Below, piece after piece: positions 1-8,192 of a stretch of 64,000 bases of DNA (the stretch's first letter is position 1; each line of letters opens with the position of its first letter). The DNA is from Minisyncoccota bacterium (GTDB lineage Bacteria; Patescibacteriota; Minisyncoccia; Phycocordibacterales; UBA9973): positions 386,360-450,359 of the forward strand of contig JBAZKU010000001.1 in the NCBI GenBank assembly GCA_041650615.1. The letters are read 5' to 3'. The notes under the pieces were generated by a model, which saw nothing but the letters and a program-made list of their open reading frames with translations, searched no databases and was not told the origin of the DNA. Position numbers and translations under genes: made by a program.

Positions 1-762
1 TCATTACTCGATGAAATGCCAGCCGGAAGAAAACAAATAATCACAGAAGTTATTACTCCAAATAAACGTGATGAAACTTATGAAAAAATAAGACAGGAAC
101 TAAAAAATGGCAGACAACTTTATGTTATTTGTCCAAGAATAGAAGAACCGGATCCAGCCAAAGAAATGGCCGTGCAAGCCAAGTCGGCAATAGCGGAAGC
201 TAAACGTTTGAAAAATGAAATTTTTACGGAATATGAAATCGGCGTGCTTCATTCAAAAATGAGTAAGCAGAAAAAAGAAGAAGTGATGAAGGAATTTGTT
301 AGTGGTGAGTTAAATATTCTTTGCGCTACTTCCGTAGTAGAAGTCGGGGTAAATGTGGAAAATGCAACGATAATAATAATTGAAGGCGCGGAAAGATTTG
401 GTTTGGCGCAACTTCATCAACTTCGCGGACGCGTAATCAGAAGCAATCACCAAGCATATTGTTATGTTTTTGCGGAAGCAAAAAGCGATAAAACAGTACA
501 AAGATTAAAAGCGTTGAAAACCGCTAAAAATGGTTTTGAGCTGGCAGAACTGGACCTTACCTTACGCGGTTCGGGAGAACTTGGAGGCACTAAGCAATGG
601 GGTATTTCTGACCTCGGAATGGAAGCGATAAAAAATTTAAAAATGGTGGAAGCCGCTCGCACTGAAGCCATCCGCTTGATTTCCGAAGACCCGGAACTCT
701 TCAAATATCCCCTACTAAGACAAAAAGTTCACGAAAAAGCCAGGGAGTTTCATTTTGAATAA
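1..762 (+). CDS. recG: ATP-dependent DNA helicase RecG, C-terminal helicase domain (5' end cut by window edge)
   Basis: SF2 helicase C-terminal motifs (ILCATSVVEVGVNV, QLRGRVIRS); frame open from base 1. Confidence 0.75.
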   Translation, partial: SLLDEMPAGRKQIITEVITPNKRDETYEKIRQELKNGRQLYVICPRIEEPDPAKEMAVQAKSAIAEAKRLKNEIFTEYEIGVLHSKMSKQKKEEVMKEFVSGELNILCATSVVEVGVNVENATIIIIEGAERFGLAQLHQLRGRVIRSNHQAYCYVFAEAKSDKTVQRLKALKTAKNGFELAELDLTLRGSGELGGTKQWGISDLGMEAIKNLKMVEAARTEAIRLISEDPELFKYPLLRQKVHEKAREFHFE

Positions 763-1055
763 AAATTATATTTTAATATCCCCAAGAATATCCTGTCGCT
801 CCACAATTTCTATCAATAGAATTTAATGCTCCTTCCGCGGTATAACTACCCAATTCCCATCCTTTGATATTAGCATCAATAATAGCCCTACAATTTCTAG
901 GAAGACCTGTGTCTCCATAAATAATTTTTTTATTAGGATCACCATTAATCTTCCCTAAATAAAATGCTCCAACTATGAGGATAATTACAAAAACAATTTC
1001 TGTTATTTTTTTATTTATAATTTCGTGTTAATTAATAAATATTTTTTAATAACTG

Positions 1056-1129
1056 TCCGCCTGCTACGATTCGAACGTAGGACCCTCTAGGTATAAGCTA
1101 GATGCTCTAACCAGCTGAGCTACAGGCGG
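1056..1129 (-). tRNA. tRNA-Ile, anticodon UAU (reads AUA)
   Basis: Clean cloverleaf read by eye: acceptor CCGCCTG/CAGGCGG, D-arm TAGCTCAGCTGGTTAGAGC, anticodon stem TCTAG/CTAGA with loop CTTATAC, T-arm CTACG-TTCGAAT-CGTAG, discriminator A; CCA not encoded. Confidence 0.65.
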
Positions 1130-1162
1130 AGAACTAACAACAATAACTATAGCAAAATAAGG

Positions 1163-1843
1163 TTAAAATGCAATTTTACGCTTATTCAATAAAGCATCTT
1201 GTATATACTGTATCCCCATCATAACCTCGGCAGAGATCGGCCCATTATCAAGGATAACTGAGCATGTTCCCTGCCCAAAACCATTAGTATAAGTAATTGA
1301 CGATAATTTAGTTTTCTTAATATAAGGCTTTCTAAACTGTATAGTAGGAATATTGAGCGTTTTCGACCAAAAATTTATCTGCTTTTTAATATTCATATCA
1401 GAGTATAAATGTAAATGAACTTTGAGTTTTGACTTGGGAACATTAAAAAATTTTAGCCAGCGAATAAATAAAACAAGCATCGCGGGATTTGTATTAGTAA
1501 GTCCAATTGAAAATGTTTTTGTTTTTGAACCCTCAGCCCAGTATAAAAATAATCCCGCAATTAAAAACTCTCTACCAGAAATAGTTCCAATTTTTTGTGC
1601 AATTTTTTGATATGCAATTCTATTTTTTACTTCGCGCTTAGCCCTCATGGTATTTCTATACCTTTCAATGCGAATAGGACTATCAGCCCGTAATTCTCTG
1701 ATTCTCTTTTCAGATAGTGGCATATCATGTAGCCATCCACTTAATGTACTTTTGCTTATTTTTAGTTTTTCTTTGATCTGACTATAACTCATGCCCTTTT
1801 GTCGCATAACTATAGCCCTTTGCTTATCCTTTTTTCTTGCCAT
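1163..1843 (-). CDS. hypothetical protein with N-terminal helix-turn-helix; possible homing-endonuclease/transposase-like remnant next to a tRNA
   Basis: N-terminal HTH-like segment (MSYSQIKEKLKISKSTLSGWL); weak LAGLIDADG-like stretch (LIAGLFLYWAEGS); no confident family match. Confidence 0.35.
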   Translation of the reverse strand: MARKKDKQRAIVMRQKGMSYSQIKEKLKISKSTLSGWLHDMPLSEKRIRELRADSPIRIERYRNTMRAKREVKNRIAYQKIAQKIGTISGREFLIAGLFLYWAEGSKTKTFSIGLTNTNPAMLVLFIRWLKFFNVPKSKLKVHLHLYSDMNIKKQINFWSKTLNIPTIQFRKPYIKKTKLSSITYTNGFGQGTCSVILDNGPISAEVMMGIQYIQDALLNKRKIAF

Positions 1844-1911
1844 AAAAAAATACGAACCACCAGTTAATAATTACTGATAATTATACACCTGTTCGTATTT
1901 TTATACAAACT

Positions 1912-3837
1912 TTAGTTTTTTATTCCCAACTTTGCTTCGTCTCTTTTCTTCGGTATTATTCCATGCGCGATAATTATCTTATCATACTCATCTTGCTCTA
2001 GGGTTTCAACTTCAATAAGTTTAACAGCAATCGCGTCAAGCGCTTTTTTGTGTTCAGTTAAAACTTTCTCGGCTGATTTTATACCATCATTTATGATTCT
2101 GGAAACTTCAGCATCAACTTTTGTGGAAACTGTTTCAGAATATCCTTCTTCTCCTCTCATCTCTCCCCAATTTAATTTGCCTCCCTCCCCAACTAAACTA
2201 ATCGGACCGATTAAATCCGACATCCCCCAACGAGTGACCATGGCGCGAGCTAAATTCGTAGCCACTTGCAAATCACTTGAAGGTCCGGTAGTAATATCGC
2301 CAAAAACCATTTTTTCGGCAACATATCCGCCGAGGGACATTGCAATATCATCAATAAATTCTTTTTTGGACTGAAGCCGTCTATCTTCTAGGGGCAATTT
2401 TAGAGTATACCCCCCAGCGTTGCCACGAGCAATAATAGATACTTTGTGCACCGGGTCAGCATTCGGCAAAACAGATGCAACTATGGCATGTCCTGCCTCA
2501 TGATATGCGGTAATTTCTTTTTCTTTCTTGGAAAGTAAGTGGCTTTTTCTTTCAGGACCAAGCATTACTTTTTCAATAGCGCGAATCAGATCAAATTGAA
2601 AAACTTTCTTACGATTTTCCCGCGCCGCCAAAATGGCTCCTTCGTTCATTAAAGAATATAAATCAGCGCCGGAAAATCCAGGCGTTCGTTCGGCAATCAA
2701 TTTTAAATTAACATCTTCAGCTAATGGTTTTAATTTTGAATGAATTTCCAAAATTTCTTCGCGGTCTATGCGGTCCGGCAAATCTAGTAATACTTTCCTA
2801 TCAAAGCGTCCGGGACGAATAAGAGCCGGATCAAGCACATCTGGTCTATTGGTAGCCGCCATCACAATCACTTTTTCGTTGGGCTCAAAGCCGTCCATCT
2901 CAACTAAAATTTGGTTTAGGGTTTGTTCACGCTCGTCATTTCCTCCCCCAAATCCGCCTCCACGAGTACGCCCGATTGCATCAATTTCATCCATAAAGAT
3001 AATGGCAGGCGCGGATTTTTTGGCCATCTTGAAAAGATCACGCACTCGAGACGCCCCTACTCCAACAAACATTTCCACAAATTCGCTTCCGGATAAATGG
3101 AAAAATGGCACTATCGCTTCTCCTGCTACAGCACGCGCCAATAATGTTTTACCTGTTCCCGGAGCTCCGGTTAAAATTACTCCTTTGGGAATTCTAGCTC
3201 CTATATCCAAAAACTTTTTCGGATTTTTCAGAAAGTCTACAATTTCCTTCAATTCTTCTTTTGCTTCTTTACATCCGGCAACGTCTTTAAAAGTTACTTT
3301 ATTGTTTTTATCATTCGGGTCGGTAATACGAGCTTTGGATTGGCCGAAAGTAAATGCTTGCATACCCGCGCCTTTTACCTGGCGGGAAAGATACCAAAAG
3401 AAAAAGATTATGAAAAGAATCGGCAAAAGAAAAGGCAAGATATTCACCATCCAATACCAAAATCCGCTTTCATTTTTTATTTCTATGCTCGTTGCCGCTA
3501 AAACTTCCGGTTTTACTCCATAATTAAAAAGGGTTTGTGAAAGAGAAGATTCTGTTTCTTTTTTAGAAATTTTTATCGTATCGTCCTTATAGGTAATAGT
3601 CAAATTTTCTCCTTCAACTACAATTCCCTTCACCTCCCCGGCTGAAACGCTTTTAGCTAAATCGGAAATAGAAACATCAGGTATGGTCTTAGAAGTATCA
3701 GCTATTACCAAATAAAGCGCCGTAATGACCATAAAAATCAAAATAGCTCCAAGGATATTGCCCGAAAATTTAGGTGTTTCCTTTTTCTTTTTGCCTTTAT
3801 TTTTTGGCTCTTTTTGATTTAAAAAATTAAAATCCAT
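1912..3837 (-). CDS. ftsH: ATP-dependent zinc metalloprotease FtsH
   Basis: N-terminal TM segments, AAA Walker [19 protein letters not shown], zinc site HEAGHA. Confidence 0.93.
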   Translation of the reverse strand: MDFNFLNQKEPKNKGKKKKETPKFSGNILGAILIFMVITALYLVIADTSKTIPDVSISDLAKSVSAGEVKGIVVEGENLTITYKDDTIKISKKETESSLSQTLFNYGVKPEVLAATSIEIKNESGFWYWMVNILPFLLPILFIIFFFWYLSRQVKGAGMQAFTFGQSKARITDPNDKNNKVTFKDVAGCKEAKEELKEIVDFLKNPKKFLDIGARIPKGVILTGAPGTGKTLLARAVAGEAIVPFFHLSGSEFVEMFVGVGASRVRDLFKMAKKSAPAIIFMDEIDAIGRTRGGGFGGGNDEREQTLNQILVEMDGFEPNEKVIVMAATNRPDVLDPALIRPGRFDRKVLLDLPDRIDREEILEIHSKLKPLAEDVNLKLIAERTPGFSGADLYSLMNEGAILAARENRKKVFQFDLIRAIEKVMLGPERKSHLLSKKEKEITAYHEAGHAIVASVLPNADPVHKVSIIARGNAGGYTLKLPLEDRRLQSKKEFIDDIAMSLGGYVAEKMVFGDITTGPSSDLQVATNLARAMVTRWGMSDLIGPISLVGEGGKLNWGEMRGEEGYSETVSTKVDAEVSRIINDGIKSAEKVLTEHKKALDAIAVKLIEVETLEQDEYDKIIIAHGIIPKKRDEAKLGIKN

Positions 3838-3925
3838 CCCGTTAGAAATAGGAAATCTTTAGATTTCCGTAGTTAATTTTAATCATGAATAACCGTTAAA
3901 CTATATGATTTCTAACGGGATCCAT
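3832..3925. mobile_element. MITE-like element, family 1 copy A: 12-bp terminal inverted repeats CCCGTTAGAAAT/ATTTCTAACGGG flanked by direct repeat ATCCAT, fused to the ftsH start codon
   Basis: TIRs at 3838-3849 and 3908-3919; ATCCAT at 3832-3837 and 3920-3925; the left ATCCAT is the reverse complement of the ftsH ATG-GAT. Confidence 0.5.
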
Positions 3926-4156
3926 AGTCAGGCATTATAGCACAAAAATTTAAAAAATAAAAATTCGGTAAAAAAAATAGCTAATGAAATATTATTAGCT
4001 ATTTTTTATTTTGCTTTTTTTTACTCCACCATTCGTCAATGAAGTAACAGGTTGGGAAAAAAACTATTAAAAAAACAAAGGTTATAATCCCTGCTATTAA
4101 TTTTGCATTTTCCATATTTCCTCCAGATTATTTACAAAATAACATTAAAGAACTAT

Positions 4157-4558
4157 TTGTGGAGATGGGGGGAAATGAGCCCCCGTGCAGAAGGTTTCTG
4201 CAAAAAGATCTACATGCTTAGCGCGCTTTTTGTTTTTAATTGAAAAACTTAAAAACGAGCCAAATATTTTTCAATCGATTCCCTTTGTTTTGGAAAAAAG
4301 CCAGGACTTCTTTTTTCCTATCCCGATAATATTATGCCCAACTCTCATATATCGGAAGTCTATGAGAAGGACATCAGCTTACGCCGAAGCGGAAACTGAA
4401 GCGAAAGCAAAGTCCGCCGAACCGAAGTAAGGAGAAACAATTGCTCTGACTTTAGAAGCTAATTTTGCAATTAACATTTGAACGAATTTTAATGAGATTA
4501 CATTCATTCTCAACATGCATCTTTGCAAGTAGACCCACTGTCTATGCCTTGCATCCCC
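4157..4558 (-). ncRNA. ssrA: tmRNA (SsrA), candidate
   Basis: 12 nt downstream of the smpB stop on the same strand; 5' GGGGAUG pairs with 3' CAUCUCC-A giving the G3:U70 alanine identity wobble; 5' region resembles the E. coli tmRNA tRNA-like/PK1 region (GCAUGUUGAG vs GCAUGCCGAG); T-arm GGGGG-CUCAUUU-CCCCC; internal frame ends ...ADFAFASVSASA-stop; length about 400 nt. Confidence 0.6.
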
Positions 4559-4569
4559 ATATTATATTT

Positions 4570-5016
4570 TCAACGTTCCTTTAACTCGCGTCTGATTTCG
4601 CGGTCAGTCTCGCGTTTTTTAATACTTTCACGTTTATCTTGTTTTTTCTTCCCTTTAACCAAAGCAATTCCTACTTTGATTTTTCTCCCCTTATTATACA
4701 CCGAAATTGGTACTATTGTCAAACTTTTATTTTTCTCACTGCCGGCAAGTGTGGCTATTTCTTTTTTAGTAAGTAAAAGTTTTTTATTTCTGAGCGGGTC
4801 ATAATCTTTAGGCACGTTGTTTGGTTGATAAGGAGGAATATTGGAGTTTATTAAAAAAGCTTCTCCTCCCCTAATAATAACGAAGGCGCCCTCCAAAGAC
4901 ATTCTTCCTCCCCTAACAGATTTAACTTCCACGCCCAAAAGCTCAATGCCTGCTTCGTATTTTTCCAAAATTTCATAATTGAATCTCGCTTTTCTGTTTT
5001 CGGTATAATGAGCCAT
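4570..5016 (-). CDS. smpB: SsrA-binding protein SmpB
   Basis: KARFNYEILEKYEAGIELLGVEVKS is classic SmpB. Confidence 0.9.
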   Translation of the reverse strand: MAHYTENRKARFNYEILEKYEAGIELLGVEVKSVRGGRMSLEGAFVIIRGGEAFLINSNIPPYQPNNVPKDYDPLRNKKLLLTKKEIATLAGSEKNKSLTIVPISVYNKGRKIKVGIALVKGKKKQDKRESIKKRETDREIRRELKER

Positions 5017-5069
5017 GTTTATATCTTAACACTCGGTAGTGAGTTTTGAAAATGTGTTAATATATTAGT

Positions 5070-5486
5070 ATGCCAATAAAACCTGAATTAAATGTTTCCG
5101 GATATAGGGGAATTTGGGGAGAAACTTTAACGGAAGAAATAGTAATAAGATTTACCCGGGCTTTTGCTCGTTTTACCAGAGAAGATTCCAATAAAGAAAA
5201 TCCGACTATTTTAATCGGTCGGGATGGACGCGAAAGCGGTCCAGAAATTAAAAAAATTATACTGAGAGAATTAAAAAGTATCGGAATTAATGCCGTTGAT
5301 GGGAATATCCTCCCTACCCCGACAGTTTTATTTTCTATTCGCAAACATAAATACGATGGAGCTATTATTATTACTGCTTCCCACAATCCGATAGAATATA
5401 ACGGTCTAAAATTTGTCAATAAAGAAGCTCTCTTTACTACCGGAGAAGAAATAGAAAAAATAAAAGAATATTATGATCATTCCTAA
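5070..5486 (+). CDS. phosphohexomutase (GlmM/ManB family), N-terminal part, interrupted by a +1 frameshift
   Basis: Active-site loop TASHNP (ITASHNPIEYNGLKF); ends in an A-run. Confidence 0.7.
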   Translation: MPIKPELNVSGYRGIWGETLTEEIVIRFTRAFARFTREDSNKENPTILIGRDGRESGPEIKKIILRELKSIGINAVDGNILPTPTVLFSIRKHKYDGAIIITASHNPIEYNGLKFVNKEALFTTGEEIEKIKEYYDHS

Positions 5487-6390
5487 TTTTACAAAAGAAC
5501 ACGCTGATAAGATATTAGAAAATGTTAACGTAGAAGCAATTCAAGCTAGAAAATTCAAGGTAGCTGTTGATATGATCAATGCCTCCGCTTGCGTAATGGA
5601 CCCATATCTTTTTGAAAAACTTGGCGTGGAATTAATTCCTTTAAATAATATCCCGAACGGCAAATTTGCCCACAGGCCTGAACCTATCAAAGAAAATCTG
5701 GGTGATATCGCCCACCTGGTTAAAGAATCTAAGGCTGACCTTGGTTTTATACATGATCCCGATGCCGATAGATTGGTAATCGTAGATGAAAAAGGAGAGG
5801 TAATTTCAGAAGAATACGGTCTAGCTTTTGGTATAGAAAATGTTTTATCAAAAAATCCGGGTAAAACAGCCGTAATAAATTTATCAACTTCACAAATGGA
5901 TGTGGATATAGCAAAAAAATACGGCAGCAACTGCATTCGCACAAAAATTGGAGAACCAAATGTAGTGGAAGGAATAATAAACAATGATGGCCTTATCGGT
6001 GGTGAAGGAAATGGCGGTGTTATTTATCCTTCTATTAATCTTGCGCGTGACAGCTTTGTCGGTCTTTCTTTGATTTTAGAAATGCTGGCTGAAAGAAAAC
6101 AAACAATCAGTGAATGTGTCGCAACTTTGCCAAAATATTTTATTAAAAAAGATAAATGGTCGGCAGTCGGAAAAAATTTAAATGAGATATATTCAAAATT
6201 AAAATCCCGCTTCAAAAACGCAAAAATAGACCAACAAGACGGTTTGCGCTTAGATTTTCCTGATAGTTCTTGGCTTCACTTAAGATCGTCAAATACCGAA
6301 CCGATTATCCGTCTTTTTGGGGAAGCAAAAACACAGGAGAGAATAGAAACCTTATTTAATGAAGCTAAGTTGACTTTGAATGAAAAATAA
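5473..6390 (+). CDS. phosphohexomutase (GlmM/ManB family), C-terminal part, continuation in the +1 frame
   Basis: Metal-binding DPDADR, sugar-binding GEGNGG; both parts together are about 443 aa, a normal phosphoglucosamine mutase length. Confidence 0.7.
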   Translation: MIIPNFTKEHADKILENVNVEAIQARKFKVAVDMINASACVMDPYLFEKLGVELIPLNNIPNGKFAHRPEPIKENLGDIAHLVKESKADLGFIHDPDADRLVIVDEKGEVISEEYGLAFGIENVLSKNPGKTAVINLSTSQMDVDIAKKYGSNCIRTKIGEPNVVEGIINNDGLIGGEGNGGVIYPSINLARDSFVGLSLILEMLAERKQTISECVATLPKYFIKKDKWSAVGKNLNEIYSKLKSRFKNAKIDQQDGLRLDFPDSSWLHLRSSNTEPIIRLFGEAKTQERIETLFNEAKLTLNEK

Positions 6391-6427
6391 GCTAAACTTT
6401 TCTTAGTTAAAACTTTTTATATATCAA

Positions 6428-6934
6428 TTGCGAGAAAGAATAAACAACCAAATACGAGCCAAGGAACTTCGGGTTATAGATGGTGAGGGTCAAAATCTAG
6501 GTATTTTAAGCATAAGAGACGCATTAGAACTAGCCCAAAATAAGGGTTTAGATCTGATAGAAATATCACCTAATGCCAATCCTCCGATTGGCAAAATAAT
6601 GGATTTTGGCAAATATCAATATGAAGTTAATAAAAAATTAAAGAAAGCCAAGGCAGGTTCCAAACCGACGGAAACAAAGTCAATCCAAATAAAAATAGGT
6701 ACCGGCGACCATGATTTGGAACTCAAAGCAAAAACTGCTTCAAAATGGTTAAAAGAAGGACATAGAATCAAAGTTGAACTTTTCCTTACTGGCCGCACAA
6801 AATATATGGATGAAAAGTTTTTAAGGGAACGATTAGACAGGGTGCTTCATTTAATTACTGAAGGTTATAAAGTTTCTGATTCATATAAAAGAACCCCTAA
6901 GGGTTTGGTTATAACAATAGAGAAAGCCAAATAA
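6428..6934 (+). CDS. infC: translation initiation factor IF-3
   Basis: ALELAQNKGLDLIEISPNANPPIGKIMDFGKYQYE; TTG or other non-AUG start as usual for infC. Confidence 0.85.
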   Translation: MRERINNQIRAKELRVIDGEGQNLGILSIRDALELAQNKGLDLIEISPNANPPIGKIMDFGKYQYEVNKKLKKAKAGSKPTETKSIQIKIGTGDHDLELKAKTASKWLKEGHRIKVELFLTGRTKYMDEKFLRERLDRVLHLITEGYKVSDSYKRTPKGLVITIEKAK

Positions 6935-6968
6935 TTATAAAGCAAAAAAATTAAAAGAAAAAAGGGAA

Positions 6969-7166
6969 ATGAAAGGAATGAAAACAAATAAGTCATATTC
7001 AAAGAGGTTAAAACTTACAAAGAATGGAAAAACGATTTCTCGAAAGCCGGGTTTTAATCACTTTAATGCGAAACAATCGCGCACCCAGCAATTAGCCGGT
7101 CATAAGAGGCAAGCTTTTTTGATCAAAAATAAACCAAAGAGTCACTTATTACCATTTTCAGCCTAA
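6969..7166 (+). CDS. rpmI: 50S ribosomal protein L35
   Basis: MKTNKSYSKRLKLTKNGK, basic 65 aa, infC-rpmI-rplT order. Confidence 0.85.
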   Translation: MKGMKTNKSYSKRLKLTKNGKTISRKPGFNHFNAKQSRTQQLAGHKRQAFLIKNKPKSHLLPFSA

Positions 7167-7172
7167 GGCTGA

Positions 7173-7188
7173 TCCGCCCTTGGCGGAA
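7173..7188. repeat. GC hairpin motif TCCGCCCTTGGCGGAA (family 4), rpmI-rplT junction
   Basis: Same 16-mer with 1 mismatch at 21155 and 26460; variants at 40264 and 54585. Confidence 0.5.
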
Positions 7189-7205
7189 GTTTAATTTAAA
7201 AAACC

Positions 7206-7550
7206 ATGACAAGAGTAAAAAAAGGAGTGCACGCATTAAAAAGAAGAAGAAGTGTGTTAAAACAAACAAAAGGTTTTCGCCATGGCCGAAGTACGAAAGA
7301 ACGTCAAGCGAAAGAAGCGCTTTTACATTCCGGAAATTATTCTTTTGCTCATAGAAAAGACAAAAAGTCATATAATAGAAAACTTTGGAATATTAAAATA
7401 AATGCGCTCAGCCGCGAGTTGGGCATATCATATTCAAAACTAATCGACACACTAAAAAAGAAAAACATATTGCTTGACCGAAAGATCTTGGCTGATTTAG
7501 CAGAAAATAACCCATCGGTTTTTGCTAGAGTTTTAGAACATACAAAATAA
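7206..7550 (+). CDS. rplT: 50S ribosomal protein L20
   Basis: GFRHGRS...YSFAHRKDKKSYNRKLWNIKINA...ISYSKLID. Confidence 0.9.
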   Translation: MTRVKKGVHALKRRRSVLKQTKGFRHGRSTKERQAKEALLHSGNYSFAHRKDKKSYNRKLWNIKINALSRELGISYSKLIDTLKKKNILLDRKILADLAENNPSVFARVLEHTK

Positions 7551-7580
7551 AAACCCCTTTAGGGGGTTTTTATTTTGTAT
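7551..7580. terminator. bidirectional rho-independent terminator (rplT on +, LOG-family gene on -)
   Basis: AAACCCCTTTAGGGGGTTTTTATTTT, U-rich on both strands. Confidence 0.7.
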
Positions 7581-8169
7581 GTTTGTTCAGTTTATCTTTT
7601 TTAACCAGAGTGGTTACGTCCGCTATAAGTTTTTTAATATTGTCGCCTGCAACAATTTTATCATTCGGGCGGTGGCTTTTTCTGATTATATCTTCTAGTT
7701 GTTCACCAGTTTCCCAAGGTCCTTTTAAAATACCTATGGGTTTGTAATCCTCAAAAGCAACAGTAAACTCATGAATAGTGCCAATGCGTCCAGGACCGCA
7801 TATAACCGCATCGGAAGAGCGAGTAAGAAGAAGATCGCGTCCTGGATAGCCAAAACCGGTGTAAATAATTAAATCCATATAATCAAGAGGGAGCTTATAA
7901 ATTTCCACATGCTCTTTTTCTGAAGCCGCCGGAGAAAAACCGATTGAAATCCCACCTTCTTCTTTAGCTCCCATAGCTGCCCAAAACGGAAAACCGGTAG
8001 TTGCCCCTGTTACTAAAACCGCTCCCTGACGAGCTACTTCCCGTCCAAGTTCTTTTGCTATGTCCAGGGTACCTAATCCGCAATTACTGGTATCAGCTGC
8101 CCCGGAAACGCATATTTTTATTTGATTGTGTCCATGCTTGTTGTAAGGACCTGATGAAATAATATCCAT
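7570..8169 (-). CDS. LOG/TIGR00725-family Rossmann-fold nucleotide-binding protein (SLOG)
   Basis: GGxGT-like PGRIGTIHEF and GATTGFP motifs. Confidence 0.6.
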   Translation of the reverse strand: MDIISSGPYNKHGHNQIKICVSGAADTSNCGLGTLDIAKELGREVARQGAVLVTGATTGFPFWAAMGAKEEGGISIGFSPAASEKEHVEIYKLPLDYMDLIIYTGFGYPGRDLLLTRSSDAVICGPGRIGTIHEFTVAFEDYKPIGILKGPWETGEQLEDIIRKSHRPNDKIVAGDNIKKLIADVTTLVKKDKLNKHTK

Positions 8170-8192
8170 AAATTCAATATAATCTTAGTATA

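Noticed and set aside
773-1010. Possible small minus-strand ORF (about 80 aa, hydrophobic N-terminus, convergent with recG) lacking an ATG start
   Set aside because: No canonical start codon in frame and no family resemblance; left unannotated, though a non-AUG start cannot be excluded.
2048-3523. Long antisense ORFs inside ftsH, tuf, fusA, the ATPase and ribosomal protein genes (e.g. 2768-3523, 30160-30780, 26756-27214)
   Set aside because: Shadow ORFs opposite strongly conserved genes with biased low-complexity translations; no independent support.
4185-4804. Plus-strand ORFs of 81 and 93 aa in the smpB-proximal intergenic region
   Set aside because: They lie antisense within the proposed tmRNA, have no start context and low-complexity translations; treated as spurious.
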